From a bacterium (lineage in GTDB: Bacteria > Auribacterota > UBA3054): a DNA stretch of 64,000 nt. This document shows positions 42,947 to 51,047 of the stretch, piece by piece (position 1 is the first letter of the stretch; each line of letters begins with the position of its first letter). The translations under genes were made by a program, and so were the position numbers. The notes beneath the pieces were generated by a model. That model saw only the letters and a list, made by a program, of their open reading frames with translations, was not told the DNA's origin and did not search any database. The DNA lies in contig JAFZXZ010000016.1 in assembly GCA_017616555.1 (NCBI GenBank), positions 24,642 through 88,641 of the forward strand. Direction: 5' to 3'.

Positions 42947-44298
42947 TTGATGTCGTATTCCTCTATTTTGCGGTAAATCGTTTTAAGCCCGATGCCGAGC
43001 TCTTTGGCGGCGACGTCTTTCTTGCCGCCCGATCTTCTCAGCGCCGCCTCTATGGCCTGCTTTTCCATTTCCTTCAAAGATAGCGGAGCCGCCGCGGCTT
43101 CTTCTTCCTTAACGCTTATGCCGGCGCCCTGGCCGATCTCTTTGGGCAAGGCGGCAAGCTTGACTTCCTCCTTCTCCCCTGTCGTAATGGTCGCATACTC
43201 CACGGCGTTCTTCAACTGTCTGACGTTGCCGGGCCAGGAGTAATTGCGCATAGCCTGGAGCGCTTCCTTGGAGAATCCCAGGAATTCTTTGCCGAGGTTA
43301 GAGGACAGTTGGTCGAGAAAATATTTAGCCAGAAGCTCGATGTCGTCTTTGCGCTCTCTAAGAGGCGGCAGATTGATGGTGAAGACGCTTATCCTGTAGT
43401 AAAGATCCGAGCGGAAAAGACCGGAGGCGATCCTCTTCTCAATGTCGGCGTTGGTCGCGCAGATGATCCTGACGTCGGCTTTTATTGTCTTAGTTCCGCC
43501 GAGCCTCGTGAATTCGCCGTCCTGTAAAACTCTCAGGAGCTTGGCCTGCAGCTCGGGCTTCATCTCCGCGATCTCGTCAAGAAGGAGCGTTCCGTGGTCC
43601 GCCTGCTCGAATTTTCCAATCCTCTGCTTCTCAGCGCCCGTGAAAGCGCCCCTTTCGTGTCCGAAAAGTTCGCTCTCCAGTAAGTTTTCCGGAATGGCCG
43701 CGCAGTTCAGTTTAACAAAGGTCGCCTGGGATCTCCCGCTCAGGGACTGCACGGCGTTCGCCACCAGTTCCTTTCCCGTTCCCGATTCCCCTAAAATGCA
43801 GACCGTGGTGTCGGAAGCGGCGACCTGCTTGATCTTCGCAAAGACTTCCTTGATGGCGGGCGTGGCGCCTATGATGCCGCTCAGGGCCGTACGCTCAAGG
43901 CGGTCTTTCAGCTGCTCGTTCTCTTTCTGCAGCAGGGAGTGCTGCAAAGCTTTGTCAACGAGAGCGAAGAGCTTCACAAGGTCGATGGGCTTCTCTATGA
44001 AGTTGAAGGCGCCTTTTTCCATGGCGAGGACCGCGTACTCCACGTTTCCGTAAGCCGTCATCAAAATGATGGGCAGGTCTTTCGAGAGCTCCTCCACCAG
44101 CTGCATGCCGTCACATTTTGGCATCTTCCAGTCCGTCAGGAGCAGGTCGGGCTTTTTTGTTTTCGCCAGTTCTCTCGCCTCTTCCCCGTCAGCCGCTTCC
44201 AAGACTTTGTAACCCTTGTCGGAAAAAGCTTCCGCAAGCGTTTCCCTGGCGACCGCATCGTCTTCCGCAATAAGGATCAGAACATTCTTCTTAGTCAT
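42943..44298 (-). CDS. sigma54-dependent response regulator (NtrC/AtoC family)
   Basis: receiver (EDD, D..MP), GESGTGKE, ESELFGHERGAFTGA, WPGNVRQL, C-terminal HTH. Confidence 0.95.
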   Translation of the reverse strand: MTKKNVLILIAEDDAVARETLAEAFSDKGYKVLEAADGEEARELAKTKKPDLLLTDWKMPKCDGMQLVEELSKDLPIILMTAYGNVEYAVLAMEKGAFNFIEKPIDLVKLFALVDKALQHSLLQKENEQLKDRLERTALSGIIGATPAIKEVFAKIKQVAASDTTVCILGESGTGKELVANAVQSLSGRSQATFVKLNCAAIPENLLESELFGHERGAFTGAEKQRIGKFEQADHGTLLLDEIAEMKPELQAKLLRVLQDGEFTRLGGTKTIKADVRIICATNADIEKRIASGLFRSDLYYRISVFTINLPPLRERKDDIELLAKYFLDQLSSNLGKEFLGFSKEALQAMRNYSWPGNVRQLKNAVEYATITTGEKEEVKLAALPKEIGQGAGISVKEEEAAAAPLSLKEMEKQAIEAALRRSGGKKDVAAKELGIGLKTIYRKIEEYDIK

Positions 44299-45613
44299 TT
44301 TTGCCTTCCTTCAATGGGAAACTCAAAACGAAAAGGCAGCCTTTTTTTGTGTCTTTCAATTCCAATTTGCCGCCGTGCGAAAGCGCTGATTTTTTGGCGA
44401 CAGCCAAGCCTAATCCGGCGCCTTTTTCCTTGGTAGTGTAGAAGGCGTCGAAGATCTTTTCCTTTCTGTCTTCCGGGATCCCCGGGCCGTCGTCCTGCAC
44501 GCTGATCTCCACAGAGCCGCCTTTCGCGGCGCCCGTGAGAACGACCGTTCCCCCGCCCGCTTGGGAAACAGCCTGCACAGCGTTCCACATCAGGTTCGTC
44601 ACGGCGTGGCGCAGACTGCTCTCATCCGCTATTACGCTCTGGGGAGCATTTTCTGAAGAATAGCTCACCTTGACGTTTCCCTTCTCGCCCGCCTCCCTGA
44701 AGAACTGGCCGAGCTCGTTTATGAGGGAGCGCAGATTCACCTCTTTCGGAGAAAATTCGCCGCTCTTCGCATAACTCAGGAAAGTCGCCAGCATTTCTCC
44801 CGAGGAGCGCGCTTCCCGTTCGATCCTTTCAAGCTTCTTTATTTGGCTTTCCGACGCGCCGCTGTCATTCAGGCTTTCCTTTAACAGCTGCGCGTTCAGG
44901 TTTATCCCGTTCAAAGAATTTTTGACTTCATGCGCCAAACCTGCGCCTACGGTCGCCAATTGGTCCTGCCTTATGCTGTCCTCCTTTTTCCTCAATTCTT
45001 CCATGGCGCTTTTCCCGGACTGCAGAGTCTTGAAAAGGAAGAAGAGCAGAAGCAGAATGTCAACTATCATAAGGATCAGCAGAAGCTTCTTGGAAATCGT
45101 TCCGAAACGCAAAGGCCAGACGTGCTTCTTTTCTGGCTTCAGGCTGATGCTGAGGGCGCCCCAGATCTGGTTGTAATTGGCGAGCGGTTCCGTCAGCACT
45201 ATCCTTAAGTTGTCTCCGCTTCCTGTCAAGCGCTGGTAAGAGCCGCCGTGAAGGGCCCCTTTTAAGTTGAGCGTAAGGTTTGCCGTCTCGCCCACAAGAT
45301 TCTCATCGCTGTGCAAAAGAATGAGTCCGCTCATGGAAATGACTTCGACCAGATAGATCCCCTGCTTTTCAAGCACGGCGGAGTTCAGTTCCATCTCCTG
45401 CTGCAGGAGTCCCAATTCTCCCCTGGCGGTCATTTCATGCTGGCAGGCTTTAACCCAGGTCTGCGCGATGTTCCTGTAACTCAAAGCAATCTCCCTGGAC
45501 ACGCTGACAAGTAAAAAGCACGCCAGGACAAGTCCCAGCGCAAAGGAAGTCAGAAAAAGACCTCCCAAGTATGGCAAAAGATATGATCTCGTTTTTCCTG
45601 TTTCTTTTGGCAT
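44291..45613 (-). CDS. sensor histidine kinase
   Basis: two TM helices, LAHEVKNSL H-box, N-box, DDGPG, FYTTK..GAGLGL. Confidence 0.92.
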   Translation of the reverse strand: MPKETGKTRSYLLPYLGGLFLTSFALGLVLACFLLVSVSREIALSYRNIAQTWVKACQHEMTARGELGLLQQEMELNSAVLEKQGIYLVEVISMSGLILLHSDENLVGETANLTLNLKGALHGGSYQRLTGSGDNLRIVLTEPLANYNQIWGALSISLKPEKKHVWPLRFGTISKKLLLILMIVDILLLLFFLFKTLQSGKSAMEELRKKEDSIRQDQLATVGAGLAHEVKNSLNGINLNAQLLKESLNDSGASESQIKKLERIEREARSSGEMLATFLSYAKSGEFSPKEVNLRSLINELGQFFREAGEKGNVKVSYSSENAPQSVIADESSLRHAVTNLMWNAVQAVSQAGGGTVVLTGAAKGGSVEISVQDDGPGIPEDRKEKIFDAFYTTKEKGAGLGLAVAKKSALSHGGKLELKDTKKGCLFVLSFPLKEGKND

Positions 45614-45616
45614 AGC

Positions 45617-46261
45617 TTAGGGAATGACAAAAAAGAAAATGCTCAGATACTGGCAGACCGCCCCGGCCAGAACGAAAACATGCCAGACTGCGTGAAGGTA
45701 GGGCTTGTTGTCGAAAACGTAAAACAGCGCGCCAAAAGTATAGGCGACGCCGCCAGCCACAAGGAAAGCTATGCCGCCAGCCGGCAGCATCGCGAACATC
45801 GGCTTGGACGCAATTACGATTATCCAGCCCATAAGGATGTAGAGGATCGTGGAGAGAAGCGGCCAGCGGTTGATGAAAAAGATCTTCTGGATTATGCCCA
45901 GGATCGCCAATCCCCAGATCACGCCGAAAATAGACCAGCCCCAGCCCGGCGGCAGCACGGCCAGCGTAAAGGGCGTGTAGGTTCCCGCAATGACCAGATA
46001 GATGGCGCAGTGGTCGAAGACTCTCAGGATCTTTTTGGCTCTGCCGTCCGGAAGCGAGTGATAAACGGTCGACATGATGAACATAAGCCACAAGGTCGCA
46101 CCGTAAATGGAGCAGCTGACTATGTGCCGCGCCGTGCCGTGGCAGGAGGAAAAAACGACGAGAAGAACCAGGCCGGCAATAGCCAAAAGCGAGCCTACGG
46201 CATGGGTGGCGACGTTGGCTATAACTTCGCCTCTAGTCGGTTTCCTGTCCCCGTGGCTCAT
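45617..46261 (-). CDS. hemolysin III family (PAQR/YqfA) membrane protein
   Basis: STVYH, DHCAIYLVIAGTYTPF, HAVWHVFV. Confidence 0.92.
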   Translation of the reverse strand: MSHGDRKPTRGEVIANVATHAVGSLLAIAGLVLLVVFSSCHGTARHIVSCSIYGATLWLMFIMSTVYHSLPDGRAKKILRVFDHCAIYLVIAGTYTPFTLAVLPPGWGWSIFGVIWGLAILGIIQKIFFINRWPLLSTILYILMGWIIVIASKPMFAMLPAGGIAFLVAGGVAYTFGALFYVFDNKPYLHAVWHVFVLAGAVCQYLSIFFFVIP

Positions 46262-47610
46262 GCGTTTTCCCTGGGTTTAGCGTTTGCTTTCAGAAGTTTT
46301 TTTACTCCGTTGCCAAAAACCAAAGCCCTTGCCATGACAGCCGCGGCGAAAAGCAGAGCCACGACCAAAGCTCCGATATGGAAGAAACGCCAGGGCCATT
46401 TCGCCCATTCCGGCGTAGGTCCGCCGTAGCGCCTGAGGTCAAGGTAATAGCCCGGCCTTTTCAGCTGCCTTTCAAGGCGGTAGCACTTGTCTCCTTCATG
46501 CGCAACGAAAAGCGAACTGCCGTCCGTGAATGTCCAGGCGGCGAAATAGCAGCTGCCGGTGCTCGTCAGCATAGGCGGCCCTAAGTGCCTTGTCAGCTCC
46601 ATGAAGGAATCTTCACCCAGGGAAAGGCCGGATAAAGCGGAAAGCGCGCAATCTTCCCTATTGATGGAATACACTTCGCCTTTCGCCATCGGTTCCAAAA
46701 AGCAAAACGAAAGCGGGCAGTTCCCAAAGAGCGGCAGAGTATTTACGGGCGCATTCTCTTTCAGGATCACCCTTTGCCTGCCCTTGGAGAAGATCAAGTC
46801 ACTCCCGTTCTTCAGAAGTATTCCTCCGTTAACGGATTCCAGTACGACTTCGCAATTCTCAATAAGCTCGGATTCGGGAACGTCTATGGCAAGGTTGCCC
46901 GCCAAAGCGTCTGAGCTAATCAAAACCAAAAGCAGAACAAGAGCGCCCTTCACAAAGCGGTACATTGACCCTGTGTGCCACAGCCACAAAAGCGAACACA
47001 GGATCAAAGAGAAGATAATAGCGTAAGAGAGGGAAAGGATCTTGATATAGCGCCCCAAAAAGGAACTGCGCGCGCCTTTTTCCGAGGCTGTCAGGAAAAG
47101 CGAACCCGAAAACGAAGCGTCGCCTCTTATGCCTATCTCCCAATCGTATTTTTGATTCGGGAGAACGCCATTCTGACCCTCAGAAGTGAAAAACGGCCCC
47201 TTAGACATGTCGATCTTCTTTAGGTCTTCTTCATTGTCAAGAATAAAAGTGAAAGGCAGCCCCAGGGACGGCTCGTGAGGAAAAGCTTTGACTGGTCTGG
47301 CGTCCTCGAAAGTTATAAGCCTTTCCAAACAGAGCTCGCCGCTCTCGGGCTCCGTCACTCTCACCCACATCTCCCCGTTCTTGGGGATGCCGCCGGGAGC
47401 TAAGATCGCAAGCGTAAGATCCCAGGGAACGGGGAAAGAGGCCGTGACGTTCGTGGTGAATTCCTGATTGACCGAGAAATTGGCCAAAAAAACGCCGTCT
47501 TCCTGAATGCAGTTGACCACTCCCCCTTTGGGAGAGAAAGCGCCCAATATCGGGAAGTACAGGGAAAGGGACAGCGCGCCCCAGAGCAGTATGAATAGAA
47601 GTTTGTTCAT
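46258..47610 (-). CDS. hypothetical membrane protein with two extracytoplasmic domains and an internal signal-peptide-like segment
   Basis: N-terminal hydrophobic signal, central TM helix followed by MYRFVKGALVLLLVLISSDALA, C-terminal TM helix; ATGA overlap with next gene. Confidence 0.7.
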   Translation of the reverse strand: MNKLLFILLWGALSLSLYFPILGAFSPKGGVVNCIQEDGVFLANFSVNQEFTTNVTASFPVPWDLTLAILAPGGIPKNGEMWVRVTEPESGELCLERLITFEDARPVKAFPHEPSLGLPFTFILDNEEDLKKIDMSKGPFFTSEGQNGVLPNQKYDWEIGIRGDASFSGSLFLTASEKGARSSFLGRYIKILSLSYAIIFSLILCSLLWLWHTGSMYRFVKGALVLLLVLISSDALAGNLAIDVPESELIENCEVVLESVNGGILLKNGSDLIFSKGRQRVILKENAPVNTLPLFGNCPLSFCFLEPMAKGEVYSINREDCALSALSGLSLGEDSFMELTRHLGPPMLTSTGSCYFAAWTFTDGSSLFVAHEGDKCYRLERQLKRPGYYLDLRRYGGPTPEWAKWPWRFFHIGALVVALLFAAAVMARALVFGNGVKKLLKANAKPRENA

Positions 47611-47631
47611 ATATAAGATTATAACAAAAAT

Positions 47632-47658
47632 AAAAAAGCCCTCCGTATGGAGGGCTTT
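47632..47658 (-). terminator. rho-independent terminator after tRNA-Asp
   Basis: AAAGCCCTCC-loop-GGAGGGCTTT 10-bp stem followed by T run on minus strand. Confidence 0.85.
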
Positions 47659-47665
47659 AAAAAAG

Positions 47666-47742
47666 TGGCGCGAGAGACGAGACTTGAACTCGCAACCTCC
47701 GCCGTGACAGGGCGGCGCTCTAACCAGTTGAGCTACTCCCGC
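47666..47742 (-). tRNA. tRNA-Asp(GUC)
   Basis: 77-nt cloverleaf: GCGGGAG/CTCTCGC, CCGCC-CTGTCAC-GGCGG, GTTCAAG, encoded CCA. Confidence 0.97.
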
Positions 47743-47770
47743 GCGCTAAATTTTTAGTGCTATGGGAGAG

Positions 47771-47799
47771 ATTATATTCATTTGACTTTTAAAAGTCAA
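47771..47799 (-). promoter_or_regulatory. sigma70 promoter of tRNA-Asp, embedded in a palindrome
   Basis: TTGACT, 17 nt, TATAAT. Confidence 0.8.
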
Positions 47800-47832
47800 T
47801 ATCTCTCCCATTCACCAAGAACGCTTCAGGCC

Positions 47833-49614
47833 TTATTTTTCCTTGCGCTGCATGACAGCGTTCAGGTCGATGCCGGACGTGAAGGGTTCCTGCGGCGCGT
47901 TGCTGGGAACCGGTTCCTCAGCAGGAGCGCTTTCGGTCGTTTCAGGAGCGGCGGCTTCCGGAGCGGTCTCGCGTTCGTATTCTTTCAGGCTGACGGCGAT
48001 CTTGCGGTCAGTCGGGTCGATCCTGACGATCTTGCCGGTGACTTCCTGGCCGACCTGGACGACTTCTTTCACGTTCTGGACCTGGTTCTGGCTCAGCTCG
48101 GAAATGTGGATGAGGCCTTCGATGTCGTTGTCAAGCTGAATGAAGGCGCCGAAAGTCGTAAGGTTCGTGATCTTGCCGGTGACGGTGTCGCCTTCGCGGT
48201 AATGATCGTAGATGTGATCCCAGGGGTCTTCGGTAAGCTGCTTCAGACCAAGGGCGATCTTCCTGTCTTCCGTATTGATGTTCAGAACGACGGCTTCGAC
48301 CACTTCGCCCTTCTTCAGAACTTCGGAAGGATGATTGATCTTGCGGGTCCAGGACATATCGGAGACATGGATGAGGCCGTCGATGCCGTCTTCCAGTTCC
48401 ACAAAGGCGCCGTAAACGGTGAGGTTGCGCACCACGCCTTTGATCTTGCCGCCGATGGGATAACGCTCGTTGATGGTTTCCCAAGGATTGCTGTGCGTCT
48501 GACGGAGGCCGAGGGAGATCTTCTGATCGTCGGTGTCGATGGAGAGAACGGCCGCCTTGACGACGTCGCCCACCTGGACGAATTCAGAAGGATGATTGAC
48601 CTTGCGGGTCCAACTGAACTCGGAGATGTGGATGAGGCCTTCCAGGCCTTCTTCCAATTCCACGAAAGCGCCGTAAGGCAGCAGATTGACGACTTTGCCT
48701 TCCACGACGGTGCCGGCGGGATACTTCTTATCGACATCCAGCCAGGGGTTCGGGGTCATCTGCTTGATGCCGAGGGAAACGCGTTCCTTATCGTAATCGA
48801 TGCCGATGATCATAACGTCGATCTCTTTGCCGACTTCCAGGATCTCGGAGGGATGATTGATGCGGCCCCAGCGCATATCGGTGAGGTGCAAGAGACCGTC
48901 GATGCCGTCCAGATCGATGAAGGCGCCGAAATCGGTGATGTTCTTGACAACGCCCTTCTTGATGTCGCCGACCTTGATCTGATCAAGGAAGGAGCGGCGC
49001 TTCAAAGAGCGCTCTTCGTCAAGCAGCTCGCGGCGGGAGACCACCACGTTCTTGCGTTCGTGATTGACTTTGATGACTTTGACTTCGATCTCCTGACCGA
49101 TAAAGTCGTCGATATTCTTGGTGTTCTGGAGAGAAAGCTGGCTGGCTGGCAGGAAGGCTTCGATGCCGATGTCGACCATAAGGCCGCCTTTGACTTTCCT
49201 TCTGATGATACCTTTGACGGGCTTGCCGTCGTCGCAGGCCGCCAGAGTGGCGTCCCAGGAACGCTGACGGTCGGCTTCAGCCTTGGAGAGGCGGATGTTG
49301 CCGTGCTCGTCTTCCTTGCTGACTAAAAAGACGTCGACAGTGTCGCCAACGGCCAGATTCGGGGTATCGGCGAACTCTTCGCGGGGCAGAACGCCCTCGG
49401 ATTTATAACCGACATTGACGATAACGTGAGTCGGAGTGATGTTCACGACTCTGCCCTGGATGATGGTGTTTTCCGTGACGGAACGGAAAGTGCCGTCATA
49501 CATGGCGCGCATATCCTCGTCAGAGAATTTTTCGTAGTTGGAGGATTCCTTGATACCGTACTGCTCGAGATCGATCTTCAGGTCATCCATTTCTTCAAAA
49601 GAATTTTGATTCAT
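47833..49614 (-). CDS. rpsA: 30S ribosomal protein S1
   Basis: six S1 repeats (NVGYKSEG, FLPASQ, VKNITDFGAFIDL, GLIHISE, GLIHVSD). Confidence 0.97.
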   Translation of the reverse strand: MNQNSFEEMDDLKIDLEQYGIKESSNYEKFSDEDMRAMYDGTFRSVTENTIIQGRVVNITPTHVIVNVGYKSEGVLPREEFADTPNLAVGDTVDVFLVSKEDEHGNIRLSKAEADRQRSWDATLAACDDGKPVKGIIRRKVKGGLMVDIGIEAFLPASQLSLQNTKNIDDFIGQEIEVKVIKVNHERKNVVVSRRELLDEERSLKRRSFLDQIKVGDIKKGVVKNITDFGAFIDLDGIDGLLHLTDMRWGRINHPSEILEVGKEIDVMIIGIDYDKERVSLGIKQMTPNPWLDVDKKYPAGTVVEGKVVNLLPYGAFVELEEGLEGLIHISEFSWTRKVNHPSEFVQVGDVVKAAVLSIDTDDQKISLGLRQTHSNPWETINERYPIGGKIKGVVRNLTVYGAFVELEDGIDGLIHVSDMSWTRKINHPSEVLKKGEVVEAVVLNINTEDRKIALGLKQLTEDPWDHIYDHYREGDTVTGKITNLTTFGAFIQLDNDIEGLIHISELSQNQVQNVKEVVQVGQEVTGKIVRIDPTDRKIAVSLKEYERETAPEAAAPETTESAPAEEPVPSNAPQEPFTSGIDLNAVMQRKEK

Positions 49615-49736
49615 AGTTTTAGGTTGGGTTGATTGTTAAGTTAGTTCATGGACATAGTTCCACTGAATAGGTAGATGATTTTACCACAACACTTCCTAAA
49701 ACTCAAGAGCAAGGAAATTTGTCTGCCGAAGCCGGC

Positions 49737-51047
49737 TTATCTCTCAGCTCCCGCCCTTTTTCTCAGAGAGCCCAGGATAATGCCCAAAAAGGAAGCGGCC
49801 GCCAAAAGGAAAGGATAATAGATGCAGCCGACGAGGCCCAGTCCGCTGAATTCGGCCCCTGCGCTCCTGGCGATGCCGGTCGCCATAAGTATCTGCGCGC
49901 CGTAAGGTATTATCCCCTGCACAAAGCAGCCGGCGATATCGACGATGCCCGCCAATCTTACGGGATCGGCCTTGAATTTTCTGCCCAGCTGCCTGACGAC
50001 CGGGCCGGCTATGACGATGGCGACCGTATTGTTCGCCGTAAAGAGATTCACAAGCCCCGTGAGGAAAAAAGCGCCCAATTCGCAGCTTCTTTGTCCTTTG
50101 ACTTTCCTGGCGATAGCGTTTGTCAGCCACTCTATTCCGCCGGCCTCGGAAACCAGATTGAAAAGCCCGCCGGACAAAAGCGCGATAGTCAGCGTCTCGC
50201 TCATGCCAAGCGTCCCCTTTCCGGCCGTTTCCAAAGCTCCCCAGAAATCAAGCGGCCCGAAAACAACGCCCAGCAAAGCGGAAATGAACGTCCCCAAAAA
50301 GAGCACGACCACAACGTTTACGCCGACAAGCGCAAAAAGCAAGACCAAAACGTAAGGCAGTATCAGGATGAAGTCTTTTATTGAGACCGCAACGTTCGAA
50401 ACAGACTGCGCGCCGGACTGCGAAGACCCGGCGATGAGATAGATGAACAAAGTCACGAGCGCCGCCGGCACCGCCAGGGCAACGTTGGCGATGAATTTGT
50501 CCCTCATCCCGACGCCCTGCGTCCTGGTCGCCGCAATCGTCGTATCCGAGATCATGGAAAGGTTGTCGCCGAACATCGCGCTGGAAACGATCGAGCCGGC
50601 CAGCAAAGCCGGCGACAAGCCCAAAGGCTCGGAAAAAGCCATGGCGATCGGCGCCACCGCCGCGATCGTTCCGCAGCTCGTCCCCACCGCCAGAGAGATC
50701 AGAGATGAGACCAAAAACAGCCCGGCCACCATGAAGTTGTCGGGAATGATCCAGCGCGCTATAACGACAGCGGAATCGACCGCTCCGCTCGCCTTGGCCA
50801 CCGCCGCGAAAGCCCCAGCCAGAATAAAAATGAGGCACATCAGCATGATGTCCGGCTCTCCCATGCCCTTGGCCAGAGACTCTATCTTTTCCGAAAATTT
50901 CTTATCTCTTTGCAAAAAAAGCGCCGAGGCGATAGCCACCAGAAAAGCCACCGTCATGGGAACTCTGTAAAAATCCCTCGCTATGATGCCAAGCGTCACA
51001 TAAAAGACCGCGAAGACCGCGAAAGGAATAAGAGCGAAAGCGTTCAT
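49737..51047 (-). CDS. Na+/H+ antiporter NhaC-family transporter
   Basis: GTSCGTI, FGDNLSMISDTT, IPYGAQIL; ~12 TM helices. Confidence 0.85.
   Translation of the reverse strand: MNAFALIPFAVFAVFYVTLGIIARDFYRVPMTVAFLVAIASALFLQRDKKFSEKIESLAKGMGEPDIMLMCLIFILAGAFAAVAKASGAVDSAVVIARWIIPDNFMVAGLFLVSSLISLAVGTSCGTIAAVAPIAMAFSEPLGLSPALLAGSIVSSAMFGDNLSMISDTTIAATRTQGVGMRDKFIANVALAVPAALVTLFIYLIAGSSQSGAQSVSNVAVSIKDFILILPYVLVLLFALVGVNVVVVLFLGTFISALLGVVFGPLDFWGALETAGKGTLGMSETLTIALLSGGLFNLVSEAGGIEWLTNAIARKVKGQRSCELGAFFLTGLVNLFTANNTVAIVIAGPVVRQLGRKFKADPVRLAGIVDIAGCFVQGIIPYGAQILMATGIARSAGAEFSGLGLVGCIYYPFLLAAASFLGIILGSLRKRAGAER

Noticed and set aside
47782-49326. 514-aa plus-strand ORF antisense to rpsA (likewise long antisense ORFs over metK, tig, gyrA/gyrB, znuA, lnt)
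   Set aside because: These mirror highly expressed genes whose codon bias avoids TTA/CTA/TCA; they have no recognisable motifs or translation signals.
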